A stretch of 64,000 nt of DNA, from assembly GCA_951406725.2 (NCBI GenBank), contig OX597837.1:42222001-42286000 (forward strand). The letters are read 5' to 3'. The notes below the pieces were generated by a model. That model made no database searches. It had not been told where the DNA came from and saw nothing but the letters and a program-made list of their open reading frames with translations. Shown piece by piece: positions 38,651-51,885 of this stretch; positions within the stretch are counted from its first letter, which is position 1, and each line of letters begins with the position of its first letter. The position numbers and the translations under genes are program-made. The DNA comes from Octopus vulgaris. Lineage: Eukaryota.

Positions 38651-40116
38651 AAAAAATGAAAGAATATAAAATAATGCTAGCTTTTTAAAATCGCAACCCC
38701 CTACTATCGAACGAGGAAAAGGCAGCACCCAAGGACTTTAGTTTTTCGGAACCTCTGATATTAGTAGGGCATATTCGTAGAGGAAAAGCAGTAGGTATCC
38801 TAAAACTGTACACTTGGTTTGGATGCCTGCAACAAATATTTTGCAAAAGAGAAAAAGTAGGATTCACACACAAACACATACAGATATACATGAACTGAGA
38901 TATATATGTACTGAGAATTGTTATCACAGATATTATGAACTGTGAATTGTTATCAAGTACAACACTCAAGTTTGTACAGTATTTTAATTTAATACATGTA
39001 AACATATTTCAATGCTGCAATGAACACATTTCTGTGAATAATAATAATAAAAAATATATATATACAGTAACTTACAATCATTGATTTTGTCAGAATATTA
39101 AAAAAAAAAAAAATATTTTTATGTATTATTGTTCTTAGCTGTTTCAGTCATGGGACTGTTGTGGTCATGCTGGAGCACTACCTTGACGGGTTCAGTTGTA
39201 CAATTCGACAGCAGTACTTTTTGGTACCTTTTTATGTCAGTCTCTTTTGCTGAACTGCTAGGTTACAAGGATGTAAACTAAAACCAACTGAGGCTGTCAA
39301 CGCCTAGGAGTGAGGAACACACACACACACACACACATACACACACACAAGCATGTGAAGGTGCATACCTCAGTGGTTAGAGCGTCAGGCTCGTAATAAT
39401 GACGCAGTGAGTTCAATTCCCAGGCTGGGCTGTGTGTTGTGCTCTTGAGCAAGACACTTTAGAGGTCTGTACTTAAATTCAAATTCTGCGAAGGTGAATT
39501 TAGCCTTTCCTCATTCCAAGGTGTTAAAGTACCAGTGAGGTAGGTTCTCAGTCAACTCTTTCTCTCCCCTTGAATATACTGTGCAGGGAGAAGGTGAATT
39601 GGGGAACCGCTCACATTATCTCATTCTTCAGAAATGGAAAAGGATTTAGTATGAGGCTAGTAACCTTTATCTCCTATTGTTATCATCAACGTTGTTTGAA
39701 TGCCTACTTTCCATGCTTGCATGGATCCAAAGAAGTTCATAGGGGCAGGATTTCTATGGCCAGATGTCCTTACTGTTATCAAAACCCACCTGTTTCTAAG
39801 CAAGGTAGTATTTCCCCTCTTCCTTCAAACACAAACAGAACAGTGATCGAATATGTTTCCATGAATGATAGCAAATGACCATCACTGCCTATGTCCACCA
39901 CATTACACAGGTGGTGTTGTATAGTGAATAGGAGAGAAGAGAGCGATAGGTGAGAAAGTAACAAATAGAACAGCAGAGTTTTTACAGGAAATACTGGGTG
40001 AGAAGGTCAAAGATTTATACGTCTAAACCGCAATGGTCATCACAAATATTTTGATGACCATTTTGCTATGTTGGCACCAGTGGGTAAATCTTCTCTAGCA
40101 CTCTCTCTCTATCTGC

Positions 40117-40360
40117 TCAGTCAAAGACTCGACTCTTGGTCACTTGTTGGATCAGTGTCCTCCAGTCAGTTCTATCCTGGGCCGCTTCTTTCAGACTGGC
40201 TATGTCCATTCCGGCATCACTCTTGATGGTGTCAAGCCAGCAGGTTCTTGGTCGGCCTCTTCCTCTCTTGCCACTGACCATTCTGAGCATGATGTCCTTC
40301 TCTAGGGATTTTCTTTGCATAATATGACTGAAATATGCCAATCTATGCTTGGTGATTCTA
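40117..40360 (-). mobile_element. RTE-BovB-like LINE ORF2 C-terminus
   Basis: LAYFSHIMQRKSLEKDIMLRMVSGKRGRGRPRTCWLDTIKSDAGMDIASLKEAAQDRTDWRTLIQQVTKSR aligns by eye to the BovB C-terminus (L.YFGHLMRR..SLEKTLMLG.IEG.RRRGR....WLD.I......DREAWR..V..V.KSR). Confidence 0.9.
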
Positions 40361-40579
40361 TGTCTTTCTTTGATCTCTAGCACTATATGTCATCAATCAT
40401 TACAGATATTGTCATCTTTGTGGAATTCTTCTATTGCACATAACTCTTCATGCATTCACCCCATATCTTCAGGGTACCCTATTCTACAGGTTCCATCCAC
40501 ATGAAGCACTCAGCACATCTTTATATGCATCAGTAGGTCACAGACATTCTTACATTAGTACAAGAACCATCTACTTCAC

Positions 40580-40780
40580 CAGAATTGTGAACATACTGAG
40601 TAAAATGCTTAGCAGCATTTCATTGGCCTTTAGGGTCTGAGTTCAAACTCCACTGATGTCGACTTTACCTTTCATCCTCTCAGGGTCGACAAAATAGATA
40701 CAAGTTGAGTATTGGGGGTTGATGTAATCGACTAGTACCCCCCACCCCAGAAATTGCCAGCCTTGAGCCAAAGTTGAAAG
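40580..40780 (+). mobile_element. SINE family B, diverged
   Basis: CTGAGTTCAAACTCC...GTCGACTTTACCTTTCATCC. Confidence 0.78.
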
Positions 40781-42144
40781 CAATGTCTTTCTTTGATCAT
40801 AGGGCTCGCTTGGGGCTAAACAGCAGCATCAACATTTCTACCATCTGTGAAGATGGTACTGAAAATGCAGCTAAGAAGACTAATGGAAGAAACAGAAAAA
40901 TATGAAAAAAAGGAAGAAAAAAAAAAAGAAAAAAAAAAGACCTAAAAAAATTTGTATATGTGGTTCACCTTGAATTGAACCCATACAACTCTAAGCTGCT
41001 TCTGTGCACATCAACAGATGCATTGTCACTCTAATGAAAACCTAGATATTTCTGCTCAATGACACGCATTTTTAGTTTGTTCAAATAATGGTTTAGGGCA
41101 GCAGCAACCATCTTGGATTTCAGATATAGAAGATGAAAAATAAGTTTTACAACACCCCTGCCTCTCACCTCTCGCACCACCACCACCACACGCTCTTACA
41201 CAGCTTGCATGTAAGATTTCCATATCATCCTTATATTGGATAAATCATATTGGACTAGACTCAAATGGCTCTGCAACTTACAATATGTATATGCTGAGAT
41301 AAATTGATAGAAATAGAAAATAAGTCCATCATTCATGATTGTTGTTGCAATAATACACCTCACCCCGCGCCAGCCACTCCCAAACTCTGTCCGTCCGTCC
41401 GTCCATCCATCCAACGAGAAGCAGTAGAACATATTTTACCGTAAAGTAGACACTCTGAAAACAAATGACCCAGGCATTACTACTTAGAATAGTCTGAAAA
41501 ATCTTACACTTTCCAACTTCCTTCCTATCACTTCTTACCGAGAAACTTATTCCAGCTTCTCTCTCTTTCACCCCACCCCCAACCGTTCACACACACACAC
41601 ACACACACACACTCCATGATTTTGCTCTGTACAACTATATCCAATAAAACTAGACAGTTCAGACTCCACAAATTGCTACCCTGTCACACAGCTTCTCAGA
41701 TTTTATAACACTAATTTAAATGATGCAGTACAGCAAAGGGACAAAAATAACACCCCGCATCTCCTTAGTATTATTGAAGAGAGCGTGGAGAAGAGAGAAG
41801 AGAGAGAGAGAGGGACGAGGGATGGGGGGGACAGAGACGGCAAGCAAAGAGTTCCAATCTAAACTCTTAATACTTCTTGTTGGTATGAAATAAGACTGTT
41901 CAGTTTGAAGTAAAATAGATGTAGTTACATCGGAAACAAATAAGCAATAAAAAAGCCTTTTAGTTCTTTTTTTTTCTTATATCACATTTTATGGACGAGT
42001 TTTACTGCATTTATGATAAAGACTGCAACAGAGCAGCATCTATGTAATTTGGACAGAACACATATCGCAAGGGACTTTATTTCAAAGCACCTGTTTAAAT
42101 ACACACACACAAATATATATAGATATAGATATATATACACATAT

Positions 42145-42330
42145 CATTGTTTAATGTCCATGTTCCAAGGTGGAATGGGTTGGACAGGTTGACATAATCC
42201 AAAGAGGCCGAGGACCACATCATTGTTCCAATGTCTGCTTTTGGCACCATTTCTACAGCTGGATGCCTTTCTTAATGCTAACCGCTTTACAATGTGTGGT
42301 GGATGCTTTTTATATGCCACAAGCAATGGT
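42145..42330 (-). mobile_element. Repeat family C, diverged
   Basis: TTTCTACAGCTGGATGCCTTTCTTAATGC motif and CATTGTTTAATGTCC tail. Confidence 0.72.
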
Positions 42331-42787
42331 GGGGTCACAATGCAGTTCACAAGACTACAAACCCCAAGAAAGGGGAAGTTGGCTGATGCTGTGGAATGAG
42401 GGGTTTTACAGTACAAGGCTTCTACATAGTTTCCAGCAATAAAATTCTACTCATAAAGCCTTGGTCAACCCAAGCCAATGGTAAAAAACTTTGACCAAGC
42501 TACTATGATCAACAGGTGATATTTTTTGATTACTTATATAGATCAATGTGGAGGTGCATAGCTTAGTGTTAATAAGATTGTGGTTTCAATTCCTGGCCCA
42601 GGTAATGCTTTATCTACTTGAGCAAAAACACTTCACTTGAAGCTGCTCCAGTCCACTCACCTGCGACAGACCAGTGTCCCATTAGCAAGAAATGGGAAAT
42701 CAGCCCTTGTTCTTTATGGAGTGATGTGGACTAACCTATATAATCTAACATATGGTTTGCATCACCTTTGAACTATATTAATAAACA

Positions 42788-43099
42788 GTGGAGGTGAGTG
42801 GCTTAAAGGTTTGGGTATTCGGCTCACAATTGTAAGGCCATGAGTTCAGATCCCCGTGACTTGTGCCTTTGAGCAAGACACTTTATTTCATGTTACTCCA
42901 GTCAACTCAGCTCACAAAAATGAGTAGTACCTGTATTTCAAAGGGCCGGCTTTGTCACATTCTGTGTCTCACTGAATCTCCTAGAGAACTATATTAAGGG
43001 TATGGATGTCTGTGGAGTGCTCAGCCACTTGTATGTAAATTTCATGAGCAGGCTGTTGCACTGGAAACCCTCGTCATGGTAACGGACAGAGTGCCACTT
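42788..43099 (+). mobile_element. tRNA-derived SINE, head E with the tail shared with 59140-59327, 12-bp TSD
   Basis: TATTAATAAACA at 42776-42787 and 43100-43111. Tail GTACCTGTATTTCAAAGGGCCGGC.TTGTCAC... Confidence 0.88.
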
Positions 43100-43420
43100 T
43101 ATTAATAAACAACAAACCGATGATGCCCCACTCTTATCACTATAGCGTTACCATCGGCAACAATGTTTTTTGTTTTTTTTTGTTTTCAACACCCATCACA
43201 AGTAGCATACGAGATTATCTCTAATCCAAATATCTTCTATTTGTATCAACTCATCTGGTAATATCTTTTTGCCCATACAACTCATCTGTTGATCACGATT
43301 TTATAAAGCCAGCTTTAAGCTCACTTATTCCGAGCCGTTCTATTTTCTTAACCAGACAATCTTGAGACAGATGTACTTTTAGATCAAATCTGTTCTATAA
43401 CAGTGCAGTTGATGCTGGAT

Positions 43421-43776
43421 TTACTCTTTTACTTGTTTCAGTCATTTGACTGCGGCCATGCTGGAGCACCGCCTTTAGTCGGGCAAATCGACCCCCAGGA
43501 CTTATTCTTTGTAAGCCCAGTACTTATTCTATCGGTCTCTTTTGCTGAACCACTAAGTTACGGCGACGTAAACACACCAGCATCGGTTGTCAAATGATGT
43601 TGGGGGGACACACACACAACACACAAACATACATACACACATATGTATATATACATACACACACACATATGTATATATACATACACACACACACACACAT
43701 ATGTATATATACATACACACGCACACACACACATATGTATATATACATACACACGCACACATATGTATATATACAT

Positions 43777-43838
<62 letters not shown>

Positions 43839-43952
43839 GGCTTCTTTCAGTTTCTGTCTACCAAATCCACTCACAAGGCTTTGGTCGGCCCGAGGCTATA
43901 GTAGAAGACACTTGCCCAAGGTGCCACGCAGTGGGACTGAACCCGGAACCAT
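43421..43952 (-). mobile_element. SINE family A with expanded internal compound microsatellite, head truncated
   Basis: Colinear similarity to 46-461. Confidence 0.88.
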
Positions 43953-44452
43953 ATAAACAAAATGATAACAATGATGATGATGATGACGATAGCGGTGATA
44001 ACAATGACAATGATGTAAGCTTGAGACAACATATTTTTCTGAAGGGATATGTAATTGCTGAACTTAATCCCAGAACAATTTTAGTTCTATTTTTCTTGAC
44101 CGTTGGGACTTATAACATCAGTTACCCAGTCTCCATGGAATACAAGTGCCCGAGATCACAGCATTTCCCCTTGAATGGGATGTCAGTCTGTTGCAGGGCT
44201 GAAGGGCTGGAATTCCGAGGGGAGGGGACAAGTCAATTACACTGCCTCCCACCCCCAACCCCAGTACTTGACTGGTATTTTATTTTTTTGAAACCAAAGC
44301 GATGAAAGGTGAAACTGATTGGAAAGGGGTTTGAACTCACGATGTGAAGAGCCAGAGGAAATGTCACTAAACATTTTGTCCAACATGCTAACAATTCTGC
44401 CAGCTTGCCACTTTACACCCCAGAACTTACCTACAATAAGGATATCACAAAA

Positions 44453-44545
44453 GGCCTGGTTGGAGGCCCAACCTCGCAAGTTCTTTTATAGAGCTTAGAA
44501 AAACTGAAGGGCTGCTGCAATAAGTGTGTGAATCCGAAAAGGGAA
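44453..44545 (+). mobile_element. Possible mariner transposase C-terminal remnant
   Basis: AWLEAQPRKFF, frameshift, LEKLKGCCNKCVNPKRE resembles the mariner W...Q...FF..GI.KL..RW.KCI...G.Y motif. Confidence 0.45.
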
Positions 44546-44547
44546 AA

Positions 44548-44800
44548 TCATCACCATCATCATCATCATCGTTTAACATCCGCTTTCCATGCTGTCATGG
44601 GTTGGACGATTTTGACTGAGGGCTGGTGAACCAGATGGTTGCACCATGCTCCAATCTTGATTTGGCAGAGTTTCTACAGCTGGATGCCCTTCCTAACGCC
44701 AACCACTCCGAGAGTGTAGTGGGTGCTTTTTACGTGCCACTGGCATGGGGGCCAGTCAGGTGGTACTGGCAACGACCTCGCTCGAATCCTTTTACACATG
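44548..44800 (-). mobile_element. Repeat family C
   Basis: Near match to 3998-4150, extended. Confidence 0.87.
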
Positions 44801-45516
44801 TTGAATAAAATCATAATTAACTGATCCTCTTGTATTTTCTTTTACCCAAAGCCTGGAAATTTTCAGCACTCCTTTGTACACACACACACATTACAAGGCA
44901 GCAGTTTATTGAACGTTGCCTATCCTATAAAAAATTATATGAGGTGACAATCATCCATACAGATTATGGATTCATTGAAATATTGATTTCAAATGTTGAC
45001 ACAAGGCCGGCAGCTTTTTGGGGGAGGGGGAGTTCAACTGGTGCTTATTTGATTATGATATTGAATATGTTAACATATTCGATATCAATTTTATTTTTAT
45101 ATTTCATTGCTTAATCAGGAGGGAATGTAGTGTTCATTACCCTTAATCGAGATGAAAAACAAAGATATCGATCGCGTATATAATACAGTGAACATAAAAA
45201 GAAAAATGTAATTTGAAAAAGCAGTAATTCAAGGACTGAAATTAATCATTTCAGTAATTAAGAATTATATTGGTTTCTCATTTGAGGAGGTTTGTCTTCA
45301 TATTTTTCAGCTCAATATTTCAATGACTCCAAAGGGCTGCAAGCTGGTAGAATCGTTAGCACACTGGTGGTATTTCATCCGTCTTTACGTTCTGAGTTCA
45401 AACACTGCTACGGTCGACTTGGCCTTTCAAGCTTTCTGGCTCAATAAAATAATTATTTTTTTGATTTCTTCTTCAATATGTCTTTAACATCACCCAATAT
45501 TATATACATTCATGTT

Positions 45517-45577
<61 letters not shown>

Positions 45578-45578
<1 letters not shown>

Positions 45579-45852
45579 TACTATTGTGTCTGGGGAGAGT
45601 CATTTTCTTTTTGTGCCTTATTATGTAACACAGGTAAAATTTCCACTTTTTTAAAAATTTTTATTTTCCTATAATTTTTGTTGTGTCTTGCAACCTTTTC
45701 AATAGTTTTGACTCTAAACTATTGAAAAGGTTGCAAGATGCAACGAAAAATTTAGGAAAATAAAAATAAGAAAAAAAGTGGAAATTTTACCGGTGAATGT
45801 GTTACATAATAAGGCACAAAAAGAAAATGACTCTCCCCAGACACAATAGTAT
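45578..45852. mobile_element. 275-bp foldback/palindromic element (MITE-like) next to (TA)n
   Basis: ATACTATTGTGTCTGGGGAGAGTCATTTTCTTTTTGTGCCTTATTATGTAACACA... mirrored to ...GACTCTCCCCAGACACAATAGTAT. Centre ...CAATAGTTT-TGACTCT-AAACTATTG... Confidence 0.92.
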
Positions 45853-45902
45853 ATGCTTCAACACATGAACTCATAAAGAATCTTGCAAACGGAATCCAAA
45901 TA

Positions 45903-45943
<41 letters not shown>

Positions 45944-46419
45944 TACACACACAGACATACACACATATATATATATACATACAATTTGTAAAACATTCCA
46001 GGGATTCTCTATTTGAGAGTTCCTGTGTGAACATATGCACACAACCACATACATGGAATACATATACAGACACACAGTAATAAAACACACACACTTATGT
46101 TCTGCCATGACATGCATATCTACAAGTGCAAGCTTACCACACACACTTTCATCAACTATATCAGATAACCACAACCCCACAGAGCTCTCTTCACTAAAAA
46201 AAAAAAAAAACAAAAAAAAAAAAAGCTTTCTCATTATATTAGTGACCTGCTCAAATTCTGCAACAGTAAAAACTTAAAACAAGTCCCCATGTGAAAACAT
46301 ATACATAGGCATATTTCAAAAGTAAATAGACACCATCATTTTGAAAAATTTATTACAAGAAACAAAATAAATGCCATTTGATACATTTTAAGTGAAGCTG
46401 CTCAAAAACACCGCCAGTG

Positions 46420-46520
46420 TACAGAATGGGGAAACTTGGCCTGCAATATCTGCAGACGTGTGTGTTTGTCAAGAGCTGGACTCATAAGTAGTCACTATCA
46501 GAACCACAAGTGTCAAGAAT
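46420..46520 (+). mobile_element. RTE ORF2 terminal zinc-finger remnant
   Basis: GNLACNICRRVCLSRAGLISSHYQNH resembles the RTE terminal C..C.R.C.SR.GL.SH...H. Confidence 0.6.
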
Positions 46521-47009
46521 AATTTTGTCTTTGAACACAATGTTCCTAATGGTCATTGATAGTCGTCTTCGGTCAAGAGTGGAAAATGTTTGTTTTTTTG
46601 TTTTTTTTTCAAAAAATACCCACTCCTTCTACTTGTAAGTAGGAGTAAGTAAGTAAATCAATAAAGACAGATAAAGGAGAAGAAGAAGAGAGAAGAAGAT
46701 GAATATCAATAAGCCAATGTTGTGCTTGAAAAGATAAGTCAAGCTAAATAAAAGTGTGGTTGTCCTTGCATCCAGGCTTGTTCCTTGCATCCCTCACTGG
46801 CTGAGTATTCCTAATCTTCCAGGCTTATAAGTGCCACATAATGCACCCATGCTGGTGCTGCTTGTTTGTTTGTTTGTTGAGCAAAGCGGTCTTCGTCCCA
46901 GTAGGAAAAGTCCGAAACGTGGTCCTTTGCTAATCGTAAGACCCACAGAAGAGAAAGCAGGTGAACCCCCGACACCGAGAGCATCGACGGATGGATGAAT
47001 GCGCATCTA

Positions 47010-47392
47010 GGTATTTCGTCAGCTGCTATGTTCTGAGTTCAAATTCCGCCGAGGTTGACTTTGCCTTTCATCCTTTCAAGGTTGATAAATTAAGTACCAG
47101 TTACGCACTGGGGGTTGATGTAATCAACTTAATCTCTTTGTCTGTCCTTGTTTGTTCCCTCTATTTTTAGCCCCTTGTGGGCAATAAAGAAATAAGAAAT
47201 GTTAGCATGCTGGGTGAAATGCTTAGCGATATTTTGTCTGTCTGTATATCCGGTGTTTAAATTCTGCTGTGGTCGACTTTGCCTTTCATCCTTTCAGGGT
47301 CAAAATTAAGTACCAGTTACGTACTGAGGTTGATCTAACCGACTGCCCCCACTCCCCAAAAGTTTCAGGCCTTATGCCTAGAGTAGAAAAGG
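47010..47392 (+). mobile_element. Two tandem family B SINE copies with different tails
   Basis: G(T/C)TGACTTTGCCTTTCATCCTTTC core occurs twice. Confidence 0.85.
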
Positions 47393-47409
47393 ATAATGTG
47401 AATGCTAAA

Positions 47410-47600
47410 GGGTAAATGTCTGTTTTCTATGCTGGCATGAGTCGGAGGGTTTGACAGGAGCTGGTAAGCCAGAGAGCTGTACCAGACTCCAGTTGTGTGT
47501 TTTGGTATGGTTTCTACAGTTGGATACCCTTTCTAACACCATCCACTTTACTGAGTGCACTGGGTGGTTTTTAAGTGGCACCAGCACAGGTGCTGTATAC
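47410..47600 (-). mobile_element. Repeat family C, diverged
   Basis: GTTTCTACAGTTGGATACCCTTTCTAACACC motif. Confidence 0.7.
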
Positions 47601-47662
47601 GAGACACTAGTATGGGTACTCTTTACACACATATAGACATATGCATTTGTATATGTACACAG

Positions 47663-47912
47663 AGTGGAGTGTGTGGCTTAGTGGTTAATGTGTCAGCATC
47701 ACGATCATAAGGTTGTGGTTTCGATTCCTGGTCCGGGCAACACATTGTGTTCTTGAGCAAAACACTTCATTTCACGTTGCTCCAGTCCACTCAGCTGGCA
47801 AAAATGAGTAACGCTGCAATGGACTGGTGTCCCGTCCAGCTGGGGAACACATACACCATAGAAACCGGGAAACCGGGCCCATGAGCCCGGCTAAGCCTTA
47901 AAAGGGTGCATT
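47663..47912 (+). mobile_element. tRNA-derived SINE, head E
   Basis: A-box TGGCTTAGTGG, B-box GGTTTCGATTCC, then GTGTTCTTGAGCAAAACACTT. A second copy lies at about 49125-49340. Confidence 0.87.
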
Positions 47913-47944
47913 TATTTATTATTATATGTACACAGACACACATG

Positions 47945-47980
<36 letters not shown>

Positions 47981-49849
47981 TACAGTTGTCAACAATGTGG
48001 ATGAGGGAAAATAGCTCAGAAGAGAATACAGTATAGTGAACACAGATACAGTAGGGTATCACGTATGTAATGTAGTTGGTTACATCATCAACCCATTCAC
48101 CAATGATTTGTTATCACTGCCACCAATGACAATTCTATGGAACATCTGTAACATCTCCACACTTCATAAAGTTGTTAAGGAGATGCTTGATGATAATTTA
48201 TCTCTCTTTCATTTCAAATTACAGTATCTGTTTTTAATGAGGTGTAATTATAATTATTATGAAGTATATAACATTTGTTTTAAAGATGTTCACCTTTTGA
48301 ATACTGGCTAACCACCAAATATTGATTTCTTTTTGAAGTATATATATATAAATCATAGAGAAACGAGAGAAGGTATTGTTGATGATGTATAGACCTGAGT
48401 ATAAGTGGGAAATGGTATGGTGTCGATGAAGCCAACTCGAGTATATTATTATTATTATTATTATTATTCATACTTAATTTATCAACTTTACTGAGATAAA
48501 ACAAAGTTCGCTCTAATGGGATTTGAACACAGAACCATGAATTAGCGAATTAGACAGTGTAAATCCTTTAGTCTCGATGTCAACACCGTTGAGACTATGA
48601 ACCAAACTAAACAAACTTTAAATTCATGATTAAAGGTAAGTTCATATGCCGTGAGGAGAGGTGGAGTTGTGACATTTCGTAACTGACCCCCCTCACCTGG
48701 TTTTCAGTCCAAACGTTTTGTTTGTTCATTTTTATCTTCAGCTTGTTGAAGTCATTGAACTGCAGATATTGAGGCACTGCAATGAAGGGCCCAAGCAAAC
48801 AAATTGACCTGTACATTTTTTTTTTTAAGCCAGGTATTTATTCTATCTCATTTATTGAACTGCTAAGTTACAAGGGTTGTAAAGGATCTAACACCAATTG
48901 TCAAGTGGTGGTGATGGGGAAACACAACACAATGACACACATCTATGGTAGGCTTCTTTCACTTTCTGCTTATCAAATCCTTTCACAATGTTTTGGTCGA
49001 AATGCAGCTATAGTAGAAGACACTTGCACAGAAGGATTGAAACCAAGACCACATGGTTAAGAATATTTCTTTACTACCCACAAGGGGCTAAACACAGAGG
49101 GGACAGACAAGGATAGACAAACAGGTGGAAGTGAATGGGATAATGGTTAGGGTGTTGCATTCATGAGTGTAAGATTGTGGTTTCAATTCCTAGACTGGGT
49201 GATGTGTTGTATTTTTGAGCAAGACACTTCATTTCATGTTGCTCCGGTCCACTCAGCTGGCAAATATGAGTAACCCTGTGACAGACTGGTGTCCCTTCCA
49301 GGGTGGAACATACCAGAGAAACTGGGAAACTGGCTCTATGCTCCTCACAGAGTAATGTCGACTAACCAAATTACAAACTTCCATTAAAATTTCATGTTAA
49401 TTTATACTTCTAACACCAGTTGATTAACGACCCTGTTATCTTACTAAATTCTCATTTTCAAAATTAATTGAAATTAAGACAGTGCATTTCCAAAGAAATA
49501 TGGCAACAAAAGGGTTAACTTGCTCAAGGCAAGTAGAGAATTTAATTTCAACAAAAATGAACTGAAGGAGTTTCAAGATGGTTACTTGACCTGCAAGAAA
49601 CAACAGTCAAATTCCTTTCAAATCACACTCTATATCATCATAATGAACTGACAGGTACATTATTCTTGAACACTTACTGTCCTGCCACAAAATACTTGAT
49701 GGTCATGGATGGACTGTCTATTATTATAGGTCTTGCTATATCAGAGACAACTTGAGGTTAATAAACAACCATGATCAACAGACACCACATATATATCATC
49801 ATCATCGTCTTCATAACACACACACACACATATATTATATGTATATTCT

Positions 49850-50230
49850 TTTTTTCTTTGTACTTGTTTCAGTCATTTGACTGCAGCCATGCTGGAGCAC
49901 CACCTTTAGTTGAACAAATCAACCCCAGGACTTATTCTTTGTACTTATTCCATCAGTCTCTTTTGCCAAAGCACTAAGTTACAGGGATGTGAAACACACC
50001 AAAATCGGTTGTCAAGCGATGGTAGGGGGGACAAACACAAACACACACACACATATATATATACATATGTATGTCGGGCTTCTTTCAGTTTCCATGTACC
50101 AAATCCACTCACAAGGCTTCGGTTGGCCCGAGGCTATAGTAGAAGACACTTGCCCAAGGTACCACACAATGGGACTGAACCCGGAACCATGTGGTTGGTA
50201 AGCAAACTTCTTACCACACAGCCACTCCTG
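49850..50230 (-). mobile_element. SINE family A
   Basis: Colinear similarity to 46-461. Confidence 0.88.
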
Positions 50231-51135
50231 TAGAAATTCTCAATGGAAATATTTCCAATAAAAAAAGAGAATTTCAAAATATATATATATAAAAAGAACC
50301 TGACTTTCTTGTAAATATTTCACATAAGAAACTGAATGAACGAACAAACAACGTATGTACATATGCAGGTATATGCAAACATACATTACAAACCATTCTC
50401 TTCGAAAGTATCACAACTTATGGGTCATTAGTTCCTCTCAGCCAAAACTTGTAGACATATTGGGTTTCTTTTTTTCCTTTGCTTTCTGTGATAAATGTCC
50501 TTCACCAGATATTAAAAAAAAATATTTCTTTTTTTTTTTTTTTGGTTTATATATTTTGTATGTCAAGGTTTGCTGAAGAAGTGACCCAACAGAATGAGGT
50601 GAAAGCACTGTCTTTATAATATACTTAATGCCTGATGGCTGATTTTTTTTTCTTTTTTTCCCCTCTTTACCCAGATTACAAAAAGTAAACAGTAAAGACT
50701 AAAGTATTGGAGAAAAAGAATGCTTCACAGAATTGACAGCTGAGTAGAGAGAGAGAGAGAGTGAGGGAGAGGAAGAGGAGGAGGAGAGAGAGAGAGAAAG
50801 CAAGAGAGAAGGAGAATGTGTGTGTTAGCAGTTTAAACCTGCCTGGCAGACAAATCTCAATGGAGAAACTTTAAGATTGTTAACACTACAAGAATGGAGA
50901 AATAAATGATAATAATAATAATGATGGTCACTCGCGTTGATTTCAACATATGAGTGTTTAAAGGAAAGGATTTTAAAAAAATAAAAAAAATTAAAAAAAC
51001 GATTGAAGACAAAGAAACTGCATTTATTTTTAATGGATGTGTATGTAAATGTAATTTGGATTTTGCTGTGAAGTCACAATGGGGACAATGGTGGTTTTGA
51101 TTTTACCTGGGATTGAACCAATGTGTCTGTTGACT

Positions 51136-51372
51136 ACTCTTTTTTACTCTTTTACTTGTTTCAGTCATTTGACTGCAGCCTTACTGGAGCACTGCCTTTA
51201 ATCAAGCAAATCGACCCCGGGACTTATTCTTTCGTAAGCCCAGTACTTATTCTATCGGTCTCTTTTGCCGAACCGCTAGGTAACGGGGACATAAACACAC
51301 CAACATCGGTTGTCAAGCAATGCTAGGGGGACAAACACAGACACACAAACACGCATATATATATATATACAC

Positions 51373-51405
<33 letters not shown>

Positions 51406-51550
51406 CATATATATGATGGGCTTCTTTCAGTTTCCGTCTAATAAATCCACTCACAAGGCTTTGGTCGGCCCGAGGCTATAGTAGAAGACACTTGCCCAAG
51501 GTGCCATGCAGTGCGACTGAACCCGGAACCATGTGGTTGGTAAACAAGAT
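51136..51550 (-). mobile_element. SINE family A
   Basis: Colinear similarity to 46-461. Confidence 0.9.
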
Positions 51551-51559
51551 ACGTTTCTT

Positions 51560-51885
51560 TTATTGTTGTGTTTCTTCAACTCAAATTCTTTAGATGCATC
51601 ATGACAAACTGTACGCCGCTCAGATCGACCTAGGCAATAACTTTCCCAAGATGTTAAATTAAGCTGTAGGGATTTAAGTGATTGCTTCAACTGGTCCTTA
51701 TACTTAAGGATGGGTCTTCCTTTACTGCAGCATCCTTCCACTCGCTGGCCATACTAAAGAAATTTTGGAATGCAATCAAACAACAGCATGCTTTCAATAC
51801 TGGAGATATCACATCTAAAATTTTGGCATTTGATATCTTATCCAGCCATTTTATGTTGCAGATATTGCACAGACAGCACATGTGA
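51560..51885 (-). mobile_element. Decayed RTE ORF2 C-terminal fragment
   Basis: CLCNICNIKWLDKISNAKIL ... GCCSKGRPILKYKDQLKQSLKSLQLNLTSWES...RSERR. Confidence 0.8.

Noticed and set aside
46420-46520. Host C2H2 zinc-finger gene exon
   Set aside because: Single degenerate finger without a TGEKP linker; the pattern fits the RTE ORF2 terminal finger
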